The translations under genes and the position numbers were made by a program. A stretch of 64,000 nt of DNA from an uncultured Gammaproteobacteria bacterium (GTDB lineage: Bacteria > Pseudomonadota > Gammaproteobacteria > UBA9214): contig CAVYZN010000002.1 in the NCBI GenBank assembly GCA_963773065.1, forward strand, positions 32,001 to 96,000, read 5' to 3'. Below the pieces are notes generated by a model. It did no database searches and had not been told where the DNA came from. It worked only from the letters and a program-made list of their open reading frames with translations. This document shows, in pieces, positions 1-9,169 of this stretch (within the stretch, counting starts at the first letter, position 1; the number at the start of each line of letters is the position of its first letter).

Positions 1-568
1 GTCCGGCTTCGATGCGTCGCTCGATGCCACGCAAAAACGCCTCGGCCGCTGCGACGTATTGCTCGCGCGAAAACAATAGCGTGACGTTGACAGGCACACC
101 GGCGAAAATCGCCTCTTCGATCGCAGGCAGACCTTCTTCAGTACCGGGAATCTTGATTAGCAGGTTCGGACGCCCCGCCCGGGCGTGCAGACCCTTGGCC
201 GCAGCGAGAGTGCTGGCGGTGTCATAGGCCAACAGCGGCGAAACTTCGAGCGATACCCACCCGTCCACGCGGTTGGTGCGGTCGTAGATGGGTCGGAACA
301 GATCGGCGGCCTGGGTGAGATCCTCAAGCGCCAGATCGAAGAACAGCGCCTCGCCTGATTTACCCTCGTTGAGCTTTTTGTGGATCGCGGCATCGTAAGC
401 ACTGCTGTTTTTAATCGCGTGATCGAAGATCGTCGGATTCGACGTGAGCCCCGTCACTGACAGCTCAACGATATAGCGTTTCAGTGTGCCGCTGTTGAGC
501 AGGTCGCGCGTAATATTGTCGAGCCAGAGACTCTGGCCCAGGTTGTGGAGCAGTTGGGTTGCTTTCAT
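1..568 (-). CDS. tal: Transaldolase (partial, runs off window start)
   Basis: Minus-strand translation MKATQLLHNLGQSLWLDNITRDLL..GLTSNPTIF..DGWVSLEVSP..NLLIKIPGT..VNVTLLFS; missing from the ORF track because its stop is outside the window. Confidence 0.93.
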   Translation of the reverse strand, partial: MKATQLLHNLGQSLWLDNITRDLLNSGTLKRYIVELSVTGLTSNPTIFDHAIKNSSAYDAAIHKKLNEGKSGEALFFDLALEDLTQAADLFRPIYDRTNRVDGWVSLEVSPLLAYDTASTLAAAKGLHARAGRPNLLIKIPGTEEGLPAIEEAIFAGVPVNVTLLFSREQYVAAAEAFLRGIERRIEAG

Positions 569-744
569 TTTGTTACCTCCCGAGAAATTTGAACCGATTG
601 TTGGCCGGCGAGTAGAGCGGCGAGGTAAGCGTCGATGTTGCCCACCTCCTCGGGACTGAGCGGGGTGCCTTTGACCGTCGAGCGGGCCGGGCCGTACGCA
701 GTGATTGACTCAGTCGCACTCATTTCATTCGTCGGAGTTGCCAT
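565..744 (-). pseudogene. N-terminal remnant of phosphoketolase (xfp-like), 59 aa
   Basis: AYGPARSTVKGTPLSPEEVGNIDAY resembles phosphoketolase N-termini that continue WRAxNYL; good RBS (AAGGAAGG); stop overlaps the tal start (ATGA). Confidence 0.6.
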
Positions 745-781
745 AGTCTCACCTTCCTTTCTTGGTTGCCGTCCGTTGGAG

Positions 782-1378
782 TTAGGCGCCAACATGGCGG
801 GTGTCGTCCCACAGCCGGATGACTGGCTGAGACAGGTTGTGTTCGTAGCCCACCGCACTCAAGCTCGCGGTGCTCAACATGAAGCATCGCCCGATCGCGA
901 CCTCGAGGCCGAGCCAACGCGCGGCGAACACGCGTAGAAAATGCCCACTGGAGAAAATCAGCACGTTGCCGTCGACCGCGCGCACGCGCGTCACGACGCG
1001 ATCCGCGCGCGCGCCGACGTCCTTCGGCGATTCCCCTCCCGGGCAACCATCGTGAAACAGTTGCCAGTCAGGACGTTGCTTGTGGATGTCAGCGGTACGC
1101 CAACCCTCATAATCGCCATAGTCCCATTCGAGCAGGTCTCGGTCGATTTCGGCCCGGTCGGCAAAGCCCGCCAGCGCGCAGGTCCGGGTGGCACGCTGCA
1201 AGGGACTGGTAAACACGCGGGCGAAATTCACACCCTGCAACCGCTCCCCTAGAGCGCGCGCATTGCGTTCACCGCGTTCGGTGAGCGGCAAATCGGTGCG
1301 TCCCGTGTGCTGGCCCGAGAGGGACCATGCGGTTTCTCCATGTCTGGCCAGGTATGCGAGCGGAAGCACTTCGTTCAT
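782..1378 (-). CDS. Histidine phosphatase family protein
   Basis: RHGETAWS motif, SPLQRA, LEWDYGDYEG, SSGHFLR. Confidence 0.92.
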   Translation of the reverse strand: MNEVLPLAYLARHGETAWSLSGQHTGRTDLPLTERGERNARALGERLQGVNFARVFTSPLQRATRTCALAGFADRAEIDRDLLEWDYGDYEGWRTADIHKQRPDWQLFHDGCPGGESPKDVGARADRVVTRVRAVDGNVLIFSSGHFLRVFAARWLGLEVAIGRCFMLSTASLSAVGYEHNLSQPVIRLWDDTRHVGA

Positions 1379-1453
1379 CGGTTCTCTCCCAGGTCCTCTC
1401 ACGGCGTACCGCGACGTCATGCGCGTTCCCCTGCCGGTCCGAGCTCTCCCCCA

Positions 1454-2017
1454 TCAAGGCGGCCCGATTCGCCGAGTCCACTCCACGAGACTCTGTAGCA
1501 GCTCTCGGATGAAATCCTTCGTCGCCTCACCGATCAGACTTCCTTCTTGATCAAAGCGCTCAGCCGCGTTGCCGATCATCACTTCGGGTTGGTTGATGGG
1601 GAACATATTGAGGTACACGAGAATCTGCCGCAGGTGGTACTGCGCCCGCGCGGTGCCGAGGGCCCCGACTGACGCACCCATGATCGCCGCTGGTTTCCCG
1701 TTCCACGCGCTGTCGCCGTAGGGGCGCGACGCCCAGTCAATCGTATTCTTCAGCACGCCGGGTACGGAATAGTTGTATTCCGGTGTCACGAACAGAATGG
1801 CGTCCGCCTCGTGTATCCGCCGCTTCAACTCCGCGACTTTGGGGGGTGGTTTCTGCTCCTCGTCCTGGTTAAAGACCGGGATGCCATCAAGCTCGAAAGT
1901 TTCGAGCATCGCGCCTTTGGGCACGAGCTTGGTGGCGGCGCGCAGGGCGGCGCGGTTGTACGATTCGCGCCGCAGGCTGCCCGCGATGCCGAGAATACGA
2001 ACGGGCTTGCTTACCAT
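1454..2017 (-). CDS. NAD(P)H-dependent FMN reductase (ChrR/YieF family)
   Basis: GSLRRESYN, TPEYNYSVPGVLKNTIDW, GTARAQYHLRQ. Confidence 0.93.
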   Translation of the reverse strand: MVSKPVRILGIAGSLRRESYNRAALRAATKLVPKGAMLETFELDGIPVFNQDEEQKPPPKVAELKRRIHEADAILFVTPEYNYSVPGVLKNTIDWASRPYGDSAWNGKPAAIMGASVGALGTARAQYHLRQILVYLNMFPINQPEVMIGNAAERFDQEGSLIGEATKDFIRELLQSLVEWTRRIGPP

Positions 2018-2193
2018 ATGCTCTCCTGATGGTTAAGTCGGTTGGCCTTTATCACGTGGCCGATTGCTCGGCCACACCCTACCCACCAATTCCGGCTCCG
2101 ACACTTGCATCATGTGGTGTATTACTCATGCGTTCGGCACCGGCAGTGGCCTCGATTGTTTTATATATTTTCCTTGCATCGCTGTATCCTCTT

Positions 2194-2517
2194 TCATGGC
2201 TGTGTCCTATGCGTGAGCCGCGCCTCAGCCTGGTCCAGCGCGATGCGCGCATCGGTGCTATCCAGCAGACACCAACGGTTGGTCGTGCCGTTCACTCGCG
2301 TCGTGAGGGGCACTGCGTTGCGGATCACCTGTGGGAGGTGGGTGCCCTCCTTGAGCCGGCCGATGAAGGCCCAATTCGCACCATACGCGGCACCGCGGAG
2401 CAGAGAAAGCAGCATGAATCCGCCCCGCAGCCACTTTCGCTTGCTGCGCGGCGCGGGAGCGGTTGGAAATGGGGGTACAGCCTGCACGGTCGCCGCCGTC
2501 GGGTTTTTGTCATCCAT
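2194..2517 (-). pseudogene. Degraded N-terminal fragment of an EmrA/HlyD-family efflux adaptor
   Basis: KRKWL-hydrophobic helix-YGANWAFIGRLKEGT..NAVPLTTRVNGT..LLDSTDARIALDQAEARL parallels the EmrA N-terminus, with an internal deletion and early stop. Confidence 0.6.
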
Positions 2518-2989
2518 AACTCTCACACCCTCTAGGTGGCGAAGATACAAAAAGTATAGGTGAGCGCAGGGCGCATAACCGATGAATTTCATGTGGATTA
2601 ACCAGAAGAGCGGGTGTCGACCGCACGGCTGGATCCGCGCGGGCGTCCCGGTTAGCACTCGCCCTCAACCGCTCGCACGTTGGTTAGATCAATAATTCCC
2701 GTGGTTGTCCCGCCGATAGTCCATGGCGTCCCCCTGCACGGCGGCTTCCTGAGTTCATGCTCAGCGATCTTCTTCAGCCGGTGACCGGATCCCACTGTGA
2801 ATAGTCGACCAATCCACCTTGACTTTAGGAAATCAGGCGTCTAGATGTTTACACACACTTTGTGCTGGGGGCACTGCCGCTAGCCTGACTTTCGCCACTG
2901 GGCATGTCGAGCGCATTACGACGACATAAAGGCTTTCTCGGAGTCGCACATCACCAAGGAACGGAAGATCATCGACTTAGGGAAAGAAT

Positions 2990-3307
2990 ATGAGCCATCA
3001 CGACACCACCTGCAACCGCATGCGCAAGGACGATCTCGATGTCCGTCGCAGGCGGCTCCTGTTTCGCTGTTGGCACCGCGGCACACAGGAGATCGACATT
3101 ATTCTCGGCTCGTTCGCCACGAGCTCTCTCAGCGGCTTTGAAAGCGCCCAACTGGAGCGTTTCGAAGCCTTGCTCGACTGCGCCGACATCGATTTGTTCA
3201 TTGCGGTGGCAAAATTCTTGTCACACTTTTGTCACAGCGCGAACAGAATTCAGCGTGATTCGGCCTTATTGGGAACGAGACTATGTGACTATTATTTCTT
3301 GTGTTAA
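2990..3307 (+). pseudogene. sdhE: SdhE/Sdh5 FAD assembly factor, 3'-truncated at about 3200
   Basis: RRRRLLFRCWHRGTQEIDIILGSFA..FEALLDCADIDLF, then the frame runs into att-region DNA. Confidence 0.75.
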
Positions 3308-3345
3308 TCTATAAGCCCTTGAAACAGAACGGGCGTGACAACGCA

Positions 3346-3390
3346 TTCACACGGCAGGGGTCACTGGTTCAATCCCAGTATCGCCCACCA
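3346..3390 (+). other. attR: 3' half of tRNA-Val(CAC), anticodon loop to CCA
   Basis: TTCACACGGCAGGGGTCACTGGTTCAATCCCAGTATCGCCCACCA; T-arm and CCA intact, no D-arm or 5' anticodon-stem strand upstream. Confidence 0.85.
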
Positions 3391-3986
3391 AACATTTCAA
3401 TATGTCAAACCTCTTGAGTCTCGCGGCAGAGCCGGGGACCTCTATGAGTTACGTTGCGCGTGCCGAGGTGGGAGATAATTTTTCCTCCGTCGGCTTGACC
3501 TGCAAGAATTGTGTAGTATCTTGATATTTGGAAACCTCTTTCTGGACGTGAACCACATCTGAAATTCGCCCCTCATCAAACCGGGCAATTTGTTAACAGA
3601 TGTCGTACTCCAGACAGAGGTTTTCTTTTTCCTATCAAACTCTTCCATCACCATGCTCTGGGATGCCTGATAAATGGCCACACCATTGACTACGTGAGCT
3701 ATCCACGTTAATTGTTATCGTGATCAGAACCTCCAGCATCCTGCTGGCAAGCCGGGGGTTCGAGTAAAAACCCGGGTCCTGGTTCCCGCTTACACTGTTG
3801 GCGTGGGGCGTCGAATTTGTTGTTGGACGAAAAATACACCAAATCAACCCAGCCACCTTTAAAATACTGTTAACGGTTGACAGCCAGAAAAGCCGTGCCC
3901 AATATCGACGACCTTGAGACGCATTCCATCATCAAACGAGTGAGAAGATGCCCCTTCTTGCACATGCTCACATCAAGGAAAATGTG

Positions 3987-5084
3987 ATGTCCACACCGAT
4001 TGCCGTTCTGTTTGCCGCCTTCCTCGGCGTGACCATGGGATCCGCCTTTGCCGAAGATAAAGTAGTACACGTCTATAACTGGTCCGACTACATTGCACCC
4101 GATACCCTGAAGAATTTTGAAGCCGCCACCGGCATCAAGGTAACCTATGACGTCTATGACTCTAATGAAATCATGGAGGCCAAATTGCTCGCCGGTGGCA
4201 GCGGCTACGACGTGGTCTTTCCCACCGCGCAACCCTTCGCGGAACACCAGATCAAGGCCGGCCTGTACCAAAAGCTTAATATGACCAGGCTGAGCAACTA
4301 CGGCAACCTGGACCCGGTGATCCTCAAACAGTTGCAGACACCCGACCCGGGCAACCAGTACGCGATCCCGTACATGTGGGGCACGAGCGGCATCGGCTAC
4401 AACATCGACAAGGTCAAGACTCTGCTCGGCGCTGACTTGCCGACCGACACCTGGGCGCTGATCTTCGACCCGGCCATCGCCGCCAAACTCGCCGGCTGCG
4501 GCATCAGCGTCATGGACGATGAAATGGAGAGCATGAGCGCGGCCCTGATGTATCTGGGCAAGGACCCGAACACCACCGATCCCAAGGACTTCGAGGCGGC
4601 CGTGGAGCTGTTCCAGAAGGTGCGCCCCTACATCAAGTACTTCCACTCTTCCCAGTACATCAACGATCTGGCTAACGGCGACATCTGTGTGGCGCATGGC
4701 TACTCCGGCGACGTGCTGCAGGCGCGCGACCGCGCCGATGAGGCAGGCAACAATGTCCACATCGCCTACACGGTGCCGAAGGAAGGCGCCATACTGTGGA
4801 TCGATGTCATGGTTATCCCCGCGGACGCGCCCCACCCGGACCATGCCTATGCCTTCATCAACTACCTCCTGCAGCCCGATGTGATCGCGGCGATCAGCAA
4901 CGAGGTGGCCTACGCCAATGCCAATCGTGCGGCAACCGGCCTGGTCGACAAATCGATCCGCTATGATCCCGGCGTCTACCCGCCTGAGGAAGTCAAGCAG
5001 CGGCTGGTAACTATCGGAACGCTACCCGATAAAGTACAACGCCTGAAGGTGCGCGCCTGGACCCGCATCAAGAGCGGTCAGTGA
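3987..5084 (+). CDS. potF: Polyamine (putrescine) ABC transporter substrate-binding protein
   Basis: Signal peptide, VYNWSDYI, YDSNE, PYMWGT, YFHSSQYINDLANGDIC. Confidence 0.92.
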   Translation: MSTPIAVLFAAFLGVTMGSAFAEDKVVHVYNWSDYIAPDTLKNFEAATGIKVTYDVYDSNEIMEAKLLAGGSGYDVVFPTAQPFAEHQIKAGLYQKLNMTRLSNYGNLDPVILKQLQTPDPGNQYAIPYMWGTSGIGYNIDKVKTLLGADLPTDTWALIFDPAIAAKLAGCGISVMDDEMESMSAALMYLGKDPNTTDPKDFEAAVELFQKVRPYIKYFHSSQYINDLANGDICVAHGYSGDVLQARDRADEAGNNVHIAYTVPKEGAILWIDVMVIPADAPHPDHAYAFINYLLQPDVIAAISNEVAYANANRAATGLVDKSIRYDPGVYPPEEVKQRLVTIGTLPDKVQRLKVRAWTRIKSGQ

Positions 5085-5114
5085 TACGCCCGGCCGCCGC
5101 CAGGGTGAATACCA

Positions 5115-5148
5115 GCCCGTCCCCGCCCGCACCCGGGCGGGGACGGGC
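5115..5148. promoter_or_regulatory. Intercistronic GC-rich hairpin (15-bp perfect stem, no U tract)
   Basis: GCCCGTCCCCGCCCG-CACC-CGGGCGGGGACGGGC between potF and potG. Confidence 0.6.
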
Positions 5149-5181
5149 GTCATCTCTGGAGCAAGCAAAGACACACCGAGG

Positions 5182-6324
5182 ATGGTCCAGTCCAAGCCCG
5201 TAAAAGCACCCCAGGAACCCTGGCGCGACCCCGCTGCAAAACCCTTCGTACACATCGACAACGTCACCAAGGTATTCGACACCACCTACGCCGTCGACGG
5301 TGTAACGCTGGATATCTACCGGGGTGAATTCTTCTGCCTGCTCGGCGGCTCGGGCTGCGGCAAGAGCACCCTGCTGCGCATGCTGGCGGGACTAGACCAG
5401 CCCACTTCGGGGCGCATCCTGATTGACGGCACGGACATGACCCGGGTGCCGGCCTACGCGCGTCCGGTCAATATGATGTTCCAGTCCTACGCGCTATTTC
5501 CGCACATGACCGTGGAACAGAACGTCGCGTTCGGACTGAAACAGCAGAAACTAGGCAAACGCGAGATTCACGAGCGCGTGGCCGGTCTGCTGGAATTGGT
5601 GCGCATGACACCCTTTGCACTGCGCAAGCCGGACCAGCTCTCCGGCGGGCAGCGCCAGCGGGTTGCACTCATCCGCTCACTCGCCAGGCAGCCCAAGCTC
5701 CTGCTGCTGGACGAACCCCTGGCGGCGCTGGACAAGAAATTGCGCGAGCATACCCAGTTCGAGCTGGTCAACATCCAGGAGCGCGTGGGTACTACCTTCA
5801 TCATGGTGACTCATGACCAGGAAGAGGCGATGACCGTCTCCACCCGGATAGCGGTGATGGAAGCCGGCCGCATCGAGCAGGTGGGCACGCCCGCCAGCGT
5901 CTACGAGTACCCGTCCAGCCGTCACGTGGCGGAATTCATCGGCGCGGTAAATATCCTCGAAGGGCGCGTGGTGGAGCAGGCGGGTGAACGACTGCTGATC
6001 CGCGCCGAGAGCGTCGGCTGTGACCTCGTCATGGTGTACAAACAGCCGCTGCCGGAAGGCACACCGGTCACGGTGGCCGTACGACCCGAGAAACTGGTGG
6101 CCACGGAGCAGGCGCCCGCCGCCGGATACAACACCGTCAAGGGTGTGATTACCGATTTCGCCTACCTCGGCGATGTCTCCATCTACCTGGTGCGGCTGCC
6201 AACCGGCCAGCAGATGCGGGTGCAGCTCACCAACCTGGCGCGGCTCACGGAAACCCCCCTCACCTGGGACCAGGAGGTGTATCTCTCCTGGCTGCCGGAC
6301 AGCGGTGTGGTGTTCCCGTCATGA
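5182..6324 (+). CDS. potG: Polyamine ABC transporter ATP-binding protein
   Basis: Walker A GGSGCGKST, LSGGQRQR, LLLDEP, C-terminal TOBE-like region. Confidence 0.93.
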   Translation: MVQSKPVKAPQEPWRDPAAKPFVHIDNVTKVFDTTYAVDGVTLDIYRGEFFCLLGGSGCGKSTLLRMLAGLDQPTSGRILIDGTDMTRVPAYARPVNMMFQSYALFPHMTVEQNVAFGLKQQKLGKREIHERVAGLLELVRMTPFALRKPDQLSGGQRQRVALIRSLARQPKLLLLDEPLAALDKKLREHTQFELVNIQERVGTTFIMVTHDQEEAMTVSTRIAVMEAGRIEQVGTPASVYEYPSSRHVAEFIGAVNILEGRVVEQAGERLLIRAESVGCDLVMVYKQPLPEGTPVTVAVRPEKLVATEQAPAAGYNTVKGVITDFAYLGDVSIYLVRLPTGQQMRVQLTNLARLTETPLTWDQEVYLSWLPDSGVVFPS

Positions 6325-7277
6325 GCCGCTGGTCAGCCATCAACGGTTCCGCCCGCGGCGCGGGCGAGTGGCTGAGCGATGTTCTCACCGGACACCACGG
6401 GAGCCGTCTGGTCATTGCGCTGCCCTACCTGTGGCTGCTGCTGTTCTTTTTCCTGCCGTTCGTGATCGTGCTCAAGATCAGCCTGGCGGAAGTCCTGCTC
6501 GCACGGCCGCCTTATTCGCCCCTGTGGCAATACCTGCAAGACGGCACCCTTCAGATCCAGCTGCATCTGGACAATTACCTGCGGCTGTGGGAGGACCCGC
6601 TCTATCTCACCGCCTATCTGAAATCGCTCAAGATCGCCGGCATCTCGACCCTGGTTTGCCTGCTGATCGGCTACCCCATGGCCTACGCCATCGCGCGCAC
6701 CCGCGACCCGCTGCGCAACATCCTGCTGATGCTGATCATTCTGCCCTTCTGGACCAGTTTCCTGATCCGCGTATATGCCTGGATCGGCATCCTCAAGAGC
6801 AACGGCCTGCTCAACAACCTGCTGCTCGCCCTGGGCGTCATCGACCAACCCCTGGCCCTGTTGCATACCGATTTTGCCGTGTACCTGGGCATCGTCTACT
6901 CCTATCTGCCGTTCATGGTGCTGCCCCTGTACGCCACCCTGTCGCGCATGGATCGGACGCTGCTGGAGGCCGCCGCCGATCTCGGCTGCAAACCCTGGAA
7001 GGCCTTTCTGTCCGTGACGCTGCCTCTGTCCCTGCCGGGCATCATCGCCGGTTGCATGCTGGTATTCATTCCGGCGGTGGGTGAATTCGTGATCCCGGAC
7101 CTGCTCGGCGGACCGGATTCGCTCATGATCGGCAAGGTGCTGTGGACGGAGTTCTTCTCCAACCGCGACTGGCCGGCCGCCTCCGCCGTGGCGGTGGTGA
7201 TGCTGGTGTTGCTGGTGGTGCCGTTGACCCTCTTCCAGCGCGCCCAGGAAAAGTCCGAAGGCAAGACGCCACTATGA
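6321..7277 (+). CDS. potH: Polyamine ABC transporter permease
   Basis: LPFWTSFLIRVYAW, EAA loop LLEAAADLG. Confidence 0.92.
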   Translation: MSRWSAINGSARGAGEWLSDVLTGHHGSRLVIALPYLWLLLFFFLPFVIVLKISLAEVLLARPPYSPLWQYLQDGTLQIQLHLDNYLRLWEDPLYLTAYLKSLKIAGISTLVCLLIGYPMAYAIARTRDPLRNILLMLIILPFWTSFLIRVYAWIGILKSNGLLNNLLLALGVIDQPLALLHTDFAVYLGIVYSYLPFMVLPLYATLSRMDRTLLEAAADLGCKPWKAFLSVTLPLSLPGIIAGCMLVFIPAVGEFVIPDLLGGPDSLMIGKVLWTEFFSNRDWPAASAVAVVMLVLLVVPLTLFQRAQEKSEGKTPL

Positions 7278-8110
7278 GCAATCGCCGCCCCTTCCTGCTG
7301 TTCACCCTGCTGGCATTCGGCTATGCGTTTCTCTATATCCCGATCATTACCCTGATCGTGTATTCATTCAACGTCTCGCGGCTGGTCACGGTGTGGGGCG
7401 GCTTCTCCACCAAATGGTACGCAGAGCTGCTGCACAATGACCAGATCCTGTCTGCGGCCTGGCTCAGCCTGCGCATTGCCAGCATCAACGCGACCCTCTC
7501 GGTCGTGCTCGGCACCCTCGCCGCCCTCACCCTGGTGCGCTTCGGCAAGTTCCGTGGCCGCACCCTTTTCTTCACTATGGTCAGCGCACCGCTGGTGATG
7601 CCCGACGTGATCCTGGGCCTAGCCTCGCTGCTGCTGTTCGTGACCATGGAGCATCTGATCGGTTGGCCGGCAGGGCGCGGCATCACCACCATTATCCTAG
7701 CCCATATCACTTTCAGCGCGGCCTTCGTTACCGTCGTGGTCCAATCCCGCCTCTCGCAACTGGACATCTCGCTGGAGGAAGCAGCCATGGACCTGGGTGC
7801 GCGGCCATGGAAGATCTTTCTGCTCATCACCCTCCCCATCATCGCCCCGGCTCTGGTGGCCGGCTGGCTGCTGGCCTTCACACTGTCACTGGATGACCTC
7901 GTCATCGCCAGTTTTGTGGCCGGTCCCGGCTCCACCACCCTGCCGATGGTGGTCTATTCCAGCGTGCGTCTCGGTGTCAGCCCGCAAATCAACGCGCTGG
8001 CTACACTGATCGTGGCGATCGTCACACTCTGTATCCTGCTCTCCGTGTGGCTGGTGCATCGGCAGGAGTCACAACGGCTGCGTGCGCCGCCGGCGGCTGA
8101 TATTACCTAA
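7274..8110 (+). CDS. potI: Polyamine ABC transporter permease
   Basis: FLYIPI..YSFN..WGGFSTKWY, LEEAAMDLGA, FTLSLDD; ATG overlaps the potH stop. Confidence 0.92.
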   Translation: MSNRRPFLLFTLLAFGYAFLYIPIITLIVYSFNVSRLVTVWGGFSTKWYAELLHNDQILSAAWLSLRIASINATLSVVLGTLAALTLVRFGKFRGRTLFFTMVSAPLVMPDVILGLASLLLFVTMEHLIGWPAGRGITTIILAHITFSAAFVTVVVQSRLSQLDISLEEAAMDLGARPWKIFLLITLPIIAPALVAGWLLAFTLSLDDLVIASFVAGPGSTTLPMVVYSSVRLGVSPQINALATLIVAIVTLCILLSVWLVHRQESQRLRAPPAADIT

Positions 8111-8340
8111 AGACCGATCAACTCGGCGTGTAATCCACAACTCTTGGCTTCTTGAAGAAACTCCATGGAGTTAAGGGCATCCGGGTCATATTCAATCAGC
8201 ATCAAATGCGGTCTCTCATCATGGCATGACGCAGCCATGACACCGCCCTTGTCCAGTAATCGGTCACGGAAATTCTCGCGTTCATCATGTGTCGTATCTT
8301 CGTCAATATGCAGAGTAACCTCTGCCCATCTGGTTCCCAT
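8107..8340 (-). CDS. Small hypothetical protein (77 aa), possibly ferredoxin-like/HMA-like fold
   Basis: RBS AAGGAG before ATG; beta-alpha-beta-beta-alpha-beta pattern VTLHIDE..GVMAAS..HLMLIEYDP..AELIGL. Confidence 0.7.
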   Translation of the reverse strand: MGTRWAEVTLHIDEDTTHDERENFRDRLLDKGGVMAASCHDERPHLMLIEYDPDALNSMEFLQEAKSCGLHAELIGL

Positions 8341-8689
8341 GGCACAATCTCCTTTTTTACGATTGCTCACCTACCTCTATTAAGAATAGTCACCAGATCG
8401 AAAGCCTGCCATTATTCCTGACAGTCAATACCGACACGCCGGCCGGCGGTTCGGTGCATCTGACTTGTGAGCCATCGGTAATGAGGTATTAGGTGGTTTC
8501 TCCACATGCGAACCCGTTATTTCATACAATTTTTATAAATGACACCCATCACCCTGCCGGCCATATTGACAGCCCTGCGTTACGGGGGAGTATTGCCTCT
8601 AAGTAATTCCCCTAATTGTACGCACCCCGCTGATCCACTATCTTGGTGGTAGCACTCGAATCAGTGTTCATCGATTAAGACGATAGATG

Positions 8690-8944
8690 CACCGCAGAGA
8701 CGCACGGCTACAGGGACGTCACAGGGAAGTGCAGGTGTCGCGAGAGGGCGGGTGCCCACAGCGACTGCGATAGGTAGGCGTAACGCAGGGACCAGTTACC
8801 GAGAGAATACGAAGCTATTTATTTGTTTTCGTTAAAGAACTACTTTTGGTACTTTCGACAATTGCTCCCTGCATTGCACTACCTCCTGCATCCCTGCAGT
8901 CGTGCTTCTCTGCGGTGAAAACGGGTGTTTATGGACGGATACTC
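8690..8944. repeat. Palindromic miniature element, copy A (composite, with nested second inverted repeat)
   Basis: CACCGCAGAGACGCA ... CTCTGCGGTGAA plus tail GTGTTTATGGACGGATACT; inner imperfect IR 8762-8802/8855-8902. Confidence 0.75.
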
Positions 8945-9169
8945 ATAATCAAGATTTGAAAATCCAGGTGATGCAGTTGGTTGGGGGAAACCGTAATCCG
9001 ACATGATGCCGGGAATTTCTCCCAAGTTACGCTTCGCTATCCGCCGGGCGAGTAGTTGCGCCCTTCAGGGTAAGCTCGGCATACACGTGACCGATCGGCC
9101 ACATATTTACCCGATCACGATATCGGGATTCCATTGTTAGCATCGAAGCAAGGACGCAAAACGGCTAAT

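Larger units (their letters stand above)
1..3390. mobile_element. Right end of a genomic island integrated at tRNA-Val(CAC); integrase and attL lie outside the window
   Basis: Ends at a 45-bp duplicated tRNA 3' half preceded by repeated TGTCACA arm-like motifs; cargo includes several truncated genes. Confidence 0.7.

Noticed and set aside
2572-2690. attC-like or structured RNA (GCATAAC...GTTAG)
   Set aside because: End boxes are not complementary and internal pairing is weak
3315-3390. Complete or D-armless functional tRNA-Val
   Set aside because: GGGCG at 3331 pairs only 5 bp of the acceptor stem; there is no D-arm and the anticodon stem cannot form
3442-3856. Short minus-strand ORFs after attR
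   Set aside because: No recognisable family or RBS; may be decayed DNA but cannot be supported
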